A DNA stretch of 64,000 nt from Torpedo marmorata (Eukaryota), in the NCBI GenBank assembly GCA_977017645.1, contig OZ360241.1, positions 61,628,001-61,692,000 on the forward strand. Reading direction: 5' to 3'. Position 1 is the first letter of the stretch. Every line of letters begins with the position of its first letter. This document shows positions 52,231 to 63,900 of the stretch, in pieces. A program made the position numbers and the translations under genes. The notes below the pieces were generated by a model. The model searched no databases. It was not told where the DNA came from and was given only the letters and a program-made list of their open reading frames with translations.

Positions 52231-52929
52231 CTGGATATTAGTAATCTGTAATTTAGCCCTGACCTCATTTATCTCTCTCCCTTTGGTAAAAAGGTGACCA
52301 GAGAAATAAATAATGGGAATGTTGTGTCAATATTTTTAAAACTAAGTTGCTTTAAGGACTGATGTCAATGCTGTTAAAAATACCAGGCAGCACCACAAAT
52401 CGAAACAAAACACACATTTATACTATTCCTGTAAATTTCATTCTTGATAGGTGCCTGTGACTCCAGCACAAGCCAGGTGGAGCCACAGAACTTCCTTGCA
52501 GCTTGCAAATTAAGTTGGGCCCTTTCCAAATATTAACACTTTGATTAAAGACTCAAGGAATGCTTTCATCTAATGCAATTACTCTCCTGACAATTACCCA
52601 ACTGTTCAGAACCTTGCTATCCTACACAAATTTGAGCTGAGCTTCAGACAACAGCTGCACCTGACAACCAAGACCAACCAGTCTCTCCTCCTAGTGGAAG
52701 TTTAGTTCCCCCCCCTTTGCTCTTACCAATTCTTTATTCTGCTTTTTTTTTTAAACCTAGAAACTTTTGGCCATCTATTCATTTCCTTATGCATTTCAGT
52801 GTTAAACTGTATATAATGCTCCTTGAAACCTGTTGTAATAGACAAACACAAGTTCCACTTTTAGTAAAGACATCACTGCCTTGCAGAAACAACAGGAGAA
52901 AAAAAACATGGAAAACCTGGATTCGCAAT

Positions 52930-52945
52930 TTATATATTTTTATAT

Positions 52946-52986
<41 letters not shown>

Positions 52987-53190
52987 TCGTGTAATCGTCA
53001 AATCTTTTGGACCACTTTTTGGGGCCAAAAAGGGAGGGGGTGGTCGACTTTTACACATCAAACTTTTGACCTGGGTAAGTACCTGCGTCGTTCAAGGCGT
53101 CGGGAGCGCGGGCGGCACGGAGCTCGGATGCACGGGTGGCCGGGGCCAAAAAAAGCAGGGGGGGGTCGATTATTACACGAGTATATACAG
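52930..53190. mobile_element. (TA)n microsatellite merging into a small Tc1/mariner-type MITE (~52978-53190)
   Basis: TATATACTCGTGTAAT at left and ATTACACGAGTATATACAG at right are inverted repeats; TA follows; GC-rich core. Confidence 0.7.
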
Positions 53191-53971
53191 TATAATAAAA
53201 TTTAAGTACAGAGTGACATTTATTCCTTTGAAGAGGAAAATAAATTCTTCGGAGAGATGGGAACTTGCTATTTAAACAATTGCTCAGCATGCATCTACAC
53301 CCCCAAAGTCAGAATAATGGACAGCAGCAACTCATGCGCCCATATCCTGGATAAGCATGCTGAAACCACGGTGGACAGCACAGTTTTAATTAAAAACTTC
53401 ATTTACAGTTTTTCAACATAAAACTGAATCCAGTTTACCACGAGTTTGTCATCAGTGTTATTTGATTTGGAAATGGCATCAATACTGAATTTATAAAATA
53501 AAAGCATTGTTACAATACAGACTCCAGCATGAAGTAGAATGAAAGTCCACTGCCCAATTCACATCTGAGCTTTGGGTTTCATTTGCACTAAAGCTTTGAT
53601 ACCAATATAAAAATGCACAAACATGTTTTGCAGGATTACAGACAACCCTCTTGTGCCAATAATACAACTCTTAATTCACAAATCATGATCCAAAAAGTTC
53701 AGATACAGAATAAAATTTGCTCACGGAACTTGTGCAAAAAACAAAAATTATTTTCAACTTGCATTTCTTGACATGCACAGATGACTCGCTTGCATTATGC
53801 AAAAATTGCAAATCAGTTCAGTTTATATTGGAACACTACATCTCCCCCATAATGTGGGGGTCATTTGTATTAACAACACAACATGCAATACATTTGGAGA
53901 CAGGAGGCCAAATGACCAAAAGTTAGAGCACATAAAATGAGAATGGACAAAAATAGTGCTGCAAATTAGGA

Positions 53972-54251
53972 ATTTTAAATTTAAATTAAATTTTAAAAAA
54001 ATTTAAATTTAGACATACAGCACGGTAACAGGCCATTTCGGCCCACAAGTCCATGCCGCCCAATTTACACCCAATTAACCTACACCCTCGGTACGTTTCG
54101 AACGGTGGGAGGAAACCGGAGCCCCCGGGGAAAACCCACAGACACGGGGAGAACGTACAAACTCCTTACAGACAGCGCAGGATTCAAACCCAGGTCCTGA
54201 TCGCTGGCGCGGTAAAGGCGTTGCGCTAACCGCTACGCCAACCATACCACC
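53972..54251 (-). mobile_element. tRNA-derived V-SINE (HE1-like)
   Basis: Minus strand: A box TGGCGTAGCGG, B box GGTTTGAATCC, V-domain TCTCCCCGTG...GCTCCGGTTTCCTCCCAC, and 3' end GGGCCGAAATGGCCTGTTACCGTGCTGTA shared with the CR1 at ~30395; older relatives at ~6190-6295 and ~46530-46805. Confidence 0.88.
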
Positions 54252-55444
54252 CTCAAATTACAGAACAGATTAATATATTTGAGGGTAGTAGACTGAGATA
54301 ATGAGGCACTCTTAATAGAATTTGAAAACAGGGGTGAGATTTTAAAATTGAGGCTGTTGGGCTGGGAACCCATGCAGGTCAGAACCAAACAGGAGATTTA
54401 TTGCAAGCTAGAGGACAGGCAATGTTTTGAAACAATTTGAGGTGATGGAATGTAGGAGATAGGAGCAGGTTAGAAGATTGGAATGGTTAACAGAAGTAAT
54501 AAAGGTACCAATGAGGGTTTTGTTAGATAACTTGAGAGGTATCAGAAAGCGATTACTAAAGTGGAAGTACAAGGTGCTGGTCGAACAGATGTACAGCGAG
54601 AAGCTCACCTCAGCATCAAATGAAATGACAAATGTGAATTACATTTGAGCCATGGAGAGAATTATTCTGTGGATGTGGACCGAGGTGCAAAGCATGCAGG
54701 CAAATTGCAGATTTGTGCAAAAAATCTACCATAAAAATAGTGGGGGACTTAAGAAATCCAAATCCAGACTGCATTCAAGGGATGAGAGGATGGAATTTCC
54801 AAAATGTGTTCACAAGAGCTTCGTGTGGCATTGCTGGGCCAAGTGTGGTAATATCTAGAAAGATACGATTTAGAATTGCTACTGGAAAGGATGTAGGCAA
54901 CACCAAGGTAAAAAATAGTTCAGTGGAGTAAAGCCAAGTACAACAGGATGAGAATAGATCTGGCCCAGGAAACTTCAAGTCAAAGCTTGGCAGGCAACTG
55001 TAATTGAACAGTGGGAGACCTTTGGCAGAGAGATTTTAAACTTCAGGTACACCTCCACAAGGGAAAAATACCATGTAAAACAACGTAGAAAAGACCACAC
55101 AATTGATCCCATGTTGTTAATACGCAAGATCCAGACTGATCAGAGGGGAAGCAAGAGAAGCAAAGGGAACATGAGCAAAAACTGGAAACTAATACAGAAA
55201 ACAAAATCCAAAAAATGTTAGGGGTACATGATTGAAAGAGTGTTTTAAAAGAAAGTGGAACTTTTTAAAGAGTCAAAAATATTTAACACATGGAGGCATA
55301 GTTGAGATAATAAACCAGTCTTGATCAGAAATAAGATACTGCTTGCGCATGAGAAAAGGATGATGTAATTGACATCCTGAATAGGCCAAAAAATAATCAA
55401 ATTAAAGTACTAGAAATGTTCCTCTGCAAAGGAGAAATCTAACA

Positions 55445-55660
55445 AAGATTGGATGACCACTTTGCAGAATATCTGCATGAAGTCCTCAAAGGTAACCTTG
55501 GATTTCCAATTGCCTGAAACTTTAATGCTCTATCCTTTTCCCACTTGGATTTGTCTCTGGCCTCCGATATTGCTCCAAAGACCAACACAAGCTTGGAGAA
55601 TTGTATCTCATGTTCTCACCACGCATGTCACAGCCCTCAAGATTTAACTCTGAATTTGTC
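55445..55660 (+). mobile_element. Old Penelope-like GIY-YIG fragment
   Basis: LDDHFAEYLHEVLKGNLGFPIA*NFNALSFSHLDLS...KLGELYLMF...QPSRFNSEF follows the PLE pattern LGDRFAEH...PVA.HFN...KLEEQHLIF..GTLQP.G.N.EF; pLTR-like relics follow to ~56100. Confidence 0.7.
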
Positions 55661-56164
55661 AAATTCAGATGAGCCACCTTTACATTAAATCAAAACTCGT
55701 TATTTTTAAAGTCATGTCACGTCAAAAGGTTTTCAGTTTCACAGATGCCACCTAACATACGAACCATTTTCAGCACTCTTACTTTGATTTCCATACCTCA
55801 GTTCCAAACTCTTCTCTTCCTTCTCCCTGCCTCTCCTTCCTGTCCATATTCAACTCCAATTTGCATTTCCTCTGACAGATGAATTGTGATTAACAAGCCT
55901 TCACCACCTTCTATCAGCTGATGTCACCACTTCTTATCATTTACCCCACAGACATTCTCAGCATTCTCTTTTTCCCCTCACCTCGAGAACATGAAGCGGA
56001 TTCAATTTTTGACTTTGTCAGTTTAATGAAGGGAACTCAGGCTACAACATTGTCTGTTTCTCTTCTCATAAATGCCCATGCTTCCAGCATTTTGTTTGTA
56101 TGTTAGTAAGGCTAGCTGTACTTGTTGGACAAATCATCTGGTCTAGGTGAAATGCATCTAAATC

Positions 56165-56969
56165 CTGAGAAGATGGAGGAAACTGCCGAATTGCTGGTGC
56201 GGACTCACACACACTCGGAGCGGAGAGACAGCGCTACTCCGCAGGGTCCTACTGCCTGGTCCTGTTGCCAACGGCTCCGTACAGGCTTTAAACGGCCTGT
56301 TAAAGGAGATAACAGTGTGTTTTTTTTTTAATCCTGAAACCACGGAGGTCTGTGCCCAAAATTGCAGTGCCTGTCCTGGGCAGCGAACCATGAAGGGATC
56401 CAGACTCCAGGGGAAGCAGTGGATCGGTGCAGGGCACCAGAAACAGGGAGAACACTCTTCCCCCCCCCCCCACCCAATTGAAAAGCATGGGAGACGACCC
56501 TACAGGGAAGTGACCACAGCAGTAGACCAGAAGTGGCTCAGCAGTTGAAGAACCCACACAGGCCGAGGTGATTGGCAACTTGCGGTCGAAGGACTCACAC
56601 AGGCTGCAAGCTGCTGGAGACTGGCTCATAGGAACCAGGTATTTGAACTGGGATTCGAGAGGGCACTGAGAGCAAGAAGGGCTCCCGAAGGGCCTTGGGC
56701 ACTGAAGGCTTCCTGATCGTACTGGAGATTTGGATCTGGAGCTCAGGCTGCCCATGGTTTGAACTGGAGTCTGTGCGGCTGCAGAAGAATCCACGGACAC
56801 TCAGTGTTTCTGAAGGGACTCTGCTTCTCTTTTTGTTAGGGTCACCTGACAATATTCATAGTGACTTTGTTTGCCTTGCAGCTGACAAAAGTTGAAGTAT
56901 ATCATGTACTGTATATTACATTTTAATGTATTAATTTTAACGACAATAAAAGGAACCTTGAACCTTGAA
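56165..56969 (+). mobile_element. Non-autonomous retroposon with Rex1-like tail (shares 3' end with the 5S SINE)
   Basis: GC-rich non-coding body; 3' end TTTGTTTGCCTTGCAGCTGACAAAAG...TATATTACATTTTAATGTA...GACAATAAAAGGAACCTTGAACCTTGA resembles the SINE3 tail. Left boundary approximate. Confidence 0.6.
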
Positions 56970-57659
56970 ATATCTAGGTTTGGTGCCAAAGGACTGAAAA
57001 ATTGTGAATATTATATCCTCTTAAAGATGGTGATAAAACCTACAATTTCAGACCAGTCTTGGTCTGTAATTACTCAGTGTTGGTGCAAGTTCGAGGAAAC
57101 AATAAACAGGGACAGAATCAATCATTTGACAGGTGTGTATTGATTTGAGGACCAAAATCAGTTTGTTAAAGGCAAATCATGTTTGTTTTGATAACAGAGT
57201 CAAAGGAAATATGGTTGATGTGATACTGTCTTCCAAAAGACATTTAATAAGGTACTATACAATAGACGTCATCAAGGCTGAAATTAAAAAAATAGCTGTA
57301 ACAGCATTAGAAATTTGGCTAAGTCACAGAAAAGAGCAATAAAAGGTTACATTTCAGACAAGTGCACAGTCACCCAGGGGTGATATTAGGACCACTACTT
57401 CCCTTAATATATTAATTACTTGGACAGCAGTACAGAGCATTTTCCAAATGATACAAAACTTGGATGCATATTGATCTGTGAGGAGGATAGTAATAAACTT
57501 CAAGGAAATATAGGCAGGCTGGTAGAATGGGCAGCTAGGTGGCAATGAAACGCAATGCAAGGTGGGATCCTGTGGGAAGCTAGGGAAGAAATCGTAAGGA
57601 GGAGCCAGAAGACTGGAAGGTAGCTCATGTCGTGCCTTTAAGAATGGCTGCAAGGATGA

Positions 57660-58480
57660 ACCTGGGATCCAGAGACCAAGCAAGTTTAACATTCATGGAT
57701 AAGTTACTGGAAGGGATTCTGAGAGACAGGATCCACGTGCATTTAGAAAAGATTTAACTGATTAACAGTAGACAGCATGGCTTTGTGCATGGAAAATAAT
57801 GATGCACAAATTTGACTCAAGTTTTTTTTGGAAGAGGTGACCAAGATTAACAAGGGAATAGTGGTAGACATTGCCGACATGGACTTGAGCAATGCATTTT
57901 ATAAGGTACCACATGGTAAGCAGATCTGTAAGATTAGATCACATACGATCCAGATTGACGTGGCCAATTGGATACAAAAGTCACAGTAGTAGTGGAGGCC
58001 TGCTACTCACTTTGAAGGCCTGTGACCAGTGCTACGGGATTTGGTTCCAAGTCGACTGTAAAGGGTAAAGGTTCCATTATTGTCACGTAATACTACATTT
58101 AGAATGTAACATACATGAAATTCTTTAATATTTGTCTACCGTAAGGCAGACAGAGGGTCGCTACTTTGTCCAGTGCCCCTCACAGAAACCTACAGCACCT
58201 GGTGTTCCTTGGCGGTCTCCCCTCCAAGTACTGACCAGTCCTGTGCCTGCTTAGCTTCTGAGATCAGACAATCCCAGTCGTATTCAGGCTATTGGTGCTG
58301 TTGTTTGTCATTTATACTAACGATTGGATGAAAACATAGGTGCCATGGTTTGCAAGTTTGTAAATGTCATTAAAATTGGTGGTATAGTGTACAGTGGGAT
58401 TTTGTACTTCAATGGGGTTTTGCCAAACTGGGCAAGTGGGCCAAGGAATGGCAAATAAAGTTTAATTCATCAAATCAAGG
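57660..58480 (+). mobile_element. Degraded CR1 RT fragment interrupted by SINE3 copy 3
   Basis: KLLEGILRDRI, QHGFV, EEVTK, DLSNAFYKVPHG, and after the SINE KFVNVIKIGGIV. Confidence 0.75.
58060..58302 (-). mobile_element. 5S rRNA-derived SINE (SINE3 type), copy 3
   Basis: About 3 substitutions from the three-copy consensus; different flanks from copies 1 and 2, so it defines the element boundaries. Confidence 0.9.
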
Positions 58481-61006
58481 CAAGAGGAGCTGGGGTTGTT
58501 TCCACCCCCCCCCCACCCCCACCACAAAAGATTGTGAGCAGATCAGACAGAAGAATTAAAGACCAAAAATGTCACAGGTAGATTTGTGAAGTGGTCAAGA
58601 CCTGGGGCATATAGAATAAATCAGAATGGCAAAACAAGTGTGAGGATTCTTTTCACTGGAGTAATCATCATTTAGAACGTTCAGAGGTTGTAGATTCACT
58701 TGCATTTGAAAGTGAACTAGATAATTACAAAGGAAAAAGTTTACAGGGCTATAGGAGAGTGGTGAAATCAGTCATGCTGAAAAACTCTTGTATGGACTTG
58801 ACCGTCCAAATGGCCACCTTTCAAACAATAACTATTGTGATTAACCATTGTTTTATTCAAAGTATAATTGAATAAATCGAAGTCCAATAGAGCAACTTTC
58901 TAAATAGAAAGCACAGTGCAAATGCACTGAGAATTTGTTAAAAGACCAAAATATGGGTGCAAAATGAATAGAACACTTTCCATTTTTAGGATTGCTCAGA
59001 ATTGGCATCTCAGATCACAGTATTTATTGGCCTTTCTCTCTCTGCACTTTCCAGTCAAGATTGATGGTGCAGGTGAAATGTCTAATGATACCGAGAACAG
59101 AGGTTAGCACTGGAACACTGGGCTCATTCATTTCCAGCAAATCATCAGCTTGCCATTCTAACCAAGACACTGGGTAGAGTGTCATTCAAGTAGAAAAGCC
59201 ACCAGTTTACAGGTGGAACTGTGCTATGGTTTTGGACTAAATTCAGATTTAACAACAAAATAAACCCATCAAAACCACATGAAATGGGAGAAATGGCAGA
59301 CCTTTATCACCCATTACAAATGATGACTTGCAGTTGATGCACATTTCACAGTGAAATTTTAAACTCACCACATTTTTGAATCAAGAACAGACTTGGTATC
59401 TAAATATCCTGTTACACAAACTAGTATTTTTGTCTATTTCAGTATTTTTAAACACCCTCATTTGTTCAGCCTAAATGCATTTCACCATATAATTCATGGG
59501 GCAATAATTTCAATATGACTGATTCGTGCCATTTAGAAGTCTTTAAAAACCTATTCACTATTAGGTAAATCATACCACAAACATAGAACGAGGCCATTTG
59601 CCCATCAGGCTAGCAATAGCTCTTTGCAATTAGCCCAATGTCCCTGCCCATTTCCCACTACAATGCAGCATTCCACTTTAAGTACAGTATTTCACCAACA
59701 CCTTTTGGTATTTATGACAGAAATTGTTTTAACTGCCTTTTCAGGCATTATATTTCTGACCATTCAAAAAGGAATCAAACGCTACCTTCCAGAAAATACC
59801 AAATTTGCACAGAACACTTATTTGAGCCATCATTTGCAAACACCCTCATTTAAATTCTGCAGTCCAGAACCAAGAAAATTGTCAAGTTACAAAATTAACA
59901 AGCCAAAGCCACATTGCCTTACAAGCAATAAAAGGAAGCAGAACAATGACTTAGAATAATAGCAGGCTTTCCATTCTCGTCTTAAACAGCAAGGAAATGG
60001 ATAGATTGTTTTGATCATTACACTAATGGATTAACAAAAGTACATTTTTCCATGATATTTAGCATTGGCTTAAATTATTTATCACTCCAAGCCACATAAA
60101 TGAGGTATTAGAAGACCAGAAGCTGGGAAATTGGTCTATTTAAAGGAGTTATTAAAGAGAGTTGTAAAGTTTAGTAAAGGGATGCCAGAACTTTGGGATG
60201 TTTAGCAGCAGAAGGAAGTGTGCAGATGAGAGCAGTTAAAATGCCAGCGAGACAAGGGTTGTGGGGTGCCAAATTTGAGAGAGAGAGAGAGACGAGGCCA
60301 TGAAGGAACTTGTAAATAATTCCGCCACTATTTATTTGAATTAATTAACATGACACTGCTAAACACTCACGGCCACCTGTTTGTTCAATACCCTAACCAT
60401 AAGTGCTTTCAACCTACCAGTCTTCCTCCATTTATCCTCCACTTATCCCATGCATCCACCCACAGCACTCACATTCAGATGAATCATGACCACATTCAAC
60501 CCAGTCAGTCCAATCTGGTCTATTGTTACTGTTCTCTTAGCCTTGTTTCTCTCCCAACGAACAATCTTTAAAAGCCACCTTTACATACACATGTAAATTC
60601 TTTGTGCCAGCTCTCCCTCCAGTTCTTAGAATAATCATACACCCACACATTTGAGTCCATGTCCATTATACCCCATGGTCCAGAATGTACTGACCATTTC
60701 TATCCCTTCACCTTCAGAGCTAACCCATCCATACCTTTTGAACTTGCTCACACAACATTCCATAATAACTTACAACATACAGAGACCAGCCTTGTACTCA
60801 CGTTGGAAGTCCCTGAATAAATTACACTTCATCCACTTGATAAAATATTTTGAATGGCAGAGCAGACTCGATGGACCTACTTCTGCTCCTATATCTTGTG
60901 CCCAACTGCTACCCAAAACATTTACCACAGGAAAATATTCAAAAACAATTCAACATTACATTCCAATTATGAGTTTTCACACAAGACACTGTCTGGTACA
61001 GAGGTG

Positions 61007-62368
61007 CAGAATCAGAATCAAAATTTATTGTCATGAACAAGTCATGAAATTCGGTGTTTTGCGGCAGCATCATAGTGCAATTAACATTCAAATTAACCAT
61101 CTTACGACATTACTATAAAAATTATAAATAATAGTGCACGAAAGGTAAGGCAGTGTCTTTGGTTCATTGATTATTCAAGAATCTGATGGCAGCAGGGAAG
61201 AAGCTCCTGTACCTTTTTCCCGATGGAAGCAGAGTGAAGAGGGCATGGCCTGGGTGGTGGGGGTCTTTGAGGATAGAGGCTGCTTTTTTAAGACACCGCC
61301 TCATGTCGATGTCCTCGATGGAGTGAAGTTTGGTGCCTGTGATGTCACAGGCCGAGTTAACAAACCTCTGGAGTTTACTCTTGTCCTGAGAGTTGGCGCC
61401 TCCATACCAGGCAGTGATGCAACCAGCCAGAATGCTCTCCACGGTACACCTGTAGAAGTTTACGAGAGTCTTCGGTGACATACCGAATCTCCGCAGACAC
61501 CTCACAAAATATAGCCGCTGACGAGCCTTCTTTGTGATTGCATCAACGTGGATGCTCCAGGACAGATCCTCGGAGATGTTGACACCCAGGAATTTGAAGT
61601 TCTTGACCCTCTCCACTACTGAGCCCTCGATGAGGACTGGGTCGTGTTCCCCTGAAGTCCACAATCATCTCCTTGGTTTTGCTGACGTTGAGCTCAAGGT
61701 TGTTGTCATTACACCATTCAACGAGCTGATCTATCTCCCTCCTGTACGCTTCCTCATTGCCGTTTGTGATTCTGCCGACAACTGTGGTGTCATCGGCAAA
61801 CTTGTAGATGGCATTGGAATTGTGCCTGGCCACACAGTCATGGGTGTATAACGAGTAGAGCAGTGGACTAAGCACGCATCCTTGGGGTGCGCCTGTGTTG
61901 ATAATCAGTGAGGAGGAGACGTTGTTTCCAATTCATACTGACTGTGGTCTTCCGATGAGAAAGTCAAGGATCCAGTTGCAGAGTGGGGTACAGAGGCCTA
62001 GAGTTTGTAGCTACTTGACCAGCACTGAGGGAATAATGGTATTGAAGGCTGAGCTGTCATCTATGAATTGCTGTTTTCGAGGTGATACAGAGCTGAGTGG
62101 AGAGCCAGTGATATTGCATCTGCTGTGGAGCGATTGTGACGATAGGCGAATTGCAGTGGGTCCAGATCTTTGCTTAGGTACGTGTTAATTCTGGCCATGA
62201 CCAGCCTCTCAAAGCATTTCATCACAGTAGAAGTTAGTGCTACTGGGCGGTAGTCGTTGAGGCAGCCCACACTACTCTTCTTGGGTACCGGGATGATTGA
62301 TGCCCTTTTGAAGCAGGTGGGAACCTCTGACTACCGCAATGAGAGGTTGAGAATGTCCGTGAACACTC
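61007..62368 (-). mobile_element. Rex1/Babar-clade LINE, 5'-truncated
   Basis: [51 protein letters not shown]; very similar to 47131-48545. Confidence 0.92.
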
Positions 62369-62776
62369 TGGCTCCGCAACGCTCAGTACAAGAAAAAAAA
62401 CTCCAGAGGGTTATTAACTCGGCAACTCGAGGGTTGCAACATCATGGGCACCAGACTTCACTCCATCAAGAACATATACAAGCAGCCTCTATCCTCAAGG
62501 ACCCCCACCATCCAGGCCATGCCCTCTTCACTGCTATCATCAGGAAAAAGGTACAGGAGCCTGAAGACGAGCACACAGCGGCACAAGGACAGCTTCTTCC
62601 CCGCTGCCATCAGATTCCTGAATGATCAATGAACCAAAGACACTGCCTTACTTTAACTTTTCGTGTACAATTTTCCTTTATTTTTGTAAGGTGGTTTATA
62701 TAAATGTTTACACTGTGATGCTGCCGTAAAACAATGAATTTCGTGAATTGTTCATGACAATAAATTCTGATTCTGA
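62369..62776 (+). mobile_element. Rex1-like LINE 3' end, head-to-head with the preceding copy
   Basis: KKLQRVINSA, ILKDPHHPGHALF, SFFPAAIRFLNDQ and tail AATAAATTCTGATTCTGA. Confidence 0.88.
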
Positions 62777-63147
62777 GATTATAGGAGCAATTCAGGCCTT
62801 CATAAATCTTCCTCCATTCAACGAGATCATAACTTATCTGAGACAACTCCATTTTCACGTGTCCGCCCCCCCCCCCCAAAAAGAAAAATCCCTCTTCATT
62901 CTTCACACTCCCACCCATTTTTCCATTTGAATACCCCTACCCATCCAAACAAAAACTACACATCCCAGCATTCCCTCCAACCCTTTGGCGGCAATCTCAC
63001 AACCTCCATTACCAATGGAATTGTATGTTTAATTATTAACACTCCTCCCAATCACGATGCACCCCTACTTAGCGGCGCCGACATCGTCCACTCACTCGCA
63101 GCACACACCTGCCCCCAACACAACCCCACTGTTCCCAATACAATCCC

Positions 63148-63270
63148 CATACCTTGATGAATGGCTCAAGCCCGAAACGTCGGTTATGTATCTTTGTATA
63201 AAGTCCAATTTGAGTTCCTCCAGCGTTGTGTTTTTACTTCAACCACGGTGTCTGCAGACTTTCGTGCTTG
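63148..63270 (+). mobile_element. Penelope pseudo-LTR fragment with minimal hammerhead-ribozyme-like motif (63148-63188)
   Basis: CATACC-TTGATGA-ATGGCTCAAGCCC-GAAA-CGTC-GGTTATG, followed by GAGTTCCTCCAGC...TCTGCAGAC as in the other pLTR-like repeats. Confidence 0.65.
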
Positions 63271-63376
63271 ACAACCCCACTCCAGCCGATTCACTCCACG
63301 CCAATACCACCCCCCCCACACCCCTCCCACGTACGAGGGCCCACACATCCAACGCCGGGTCCCTTCCCGAACTCAC

Positions 63377-63457
63377 CGTGCCTCCGTCCTTGATGATGAT
63401 TTTCTTCGCCAGCAGCACACTGCGGTTCAGGCGCTTCTTTTTCTTCCCTTGTGTCAT
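63377..63457 (-). CDS. MFSD14A: MFSD14A/HIAT1-family exon 1 (coding part)
   Basis: MTQGKKKKRLNRSVLLAKKIIIKDGGT; ATG in AAAATGA context; GTGAGT donor at 63376-63371; 81 nt. Confidence 0.96.
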
Positions 63458-63459
63458 TT

Positions 63460-63900
63460 TTCTTTTTGGTCACGCGGCCCGAGCCGGCTCGACCCGCCTC
63501 ATCGCCATAGAAACCCACGGCCGCTCCGGTCGCCGACCACCATTTTGCACGGGCAAGCCGCTGCCTCAACCGAACTTCGCCCGCTGCCCAATCGCCTGCC
63601 CCACCCTGCGCGCGTGCGTGACGTACCCTAACCTGCTGGCGCGCTACCTTCACAGCGCTGACTCCGTGCCGAAGCCGCACTCACAACCACCAGCAAACGC
63701 GCCCATTGTGCGCTAAAACCCGCCCGCCGTTCGCTCTCACTGGTCGCGGCCGATCACGCACTTTGACGCAATCACTCCCACCGAGTCTGAGAGGCTGGTG
63801 ACAAAGCCAATCACCGGAGCCCGTCCCTCCCTCGGTGCTGATTGGCTCGGATTCAAATACGTGTGCAGTGCTGACGTCACGGGATCGCCATCTTTGTAAA
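63460..63900. promoter_or_regulatory. CpG-island promoter / 5' UTR with CCAAT, CRE, GC-box and YY1-like motifs
   Basis: High CpG density; CCAAT at 63588 and 63807, ATTGG at 63841; TGACGTCA at 63872-63879 plus half-CREs near 63619 and 63764; CCGCCC near 63720; CGCCATCTT at 63886 and CCATTTT at 63540. Confidence 0.8.

Larger units (their letters stand above)
16311..63457 (-). other. MFSD14A: Gene span (start to stop codon) of the 12-exon MFSD14A/HIAT1-family MFS transporter, 492 aa; probably the mfsd14a2/hiat1b paralogue
   Basis: Exons of 81+96+63+128+115+219+114+72+113+98+167+213 = 1479 nt join in one open frame with canonical GT-AG sites. Protein begins MTQGKKKKRLNRSVLLAKKIIIKDGGT, contains MFS motif A (GALSDVWGRK) and ends KEPLLQDSCV. 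Confidence 0.96.

Noticed and set aside
54170-54251. tRNA gene
   Set aside because: A and B boxes are present but followed by a V-domain and CR1-type tail; it is a SINE head.
56122-56895. Cluster of overlapping 66-166 aa ORFs
   Set aside because: They lie within a GC-rich non-autonomous repeat, occur on both strands and have no homology I can recognise.
63057-63716. 219-aa + strand ORF and 129-aa - strand ORF overlapping exon 1
   Set aside because: Stop-poor frames expected in a GC-rich CpG island; they cross a repeat fragment and show no recognisable domain.
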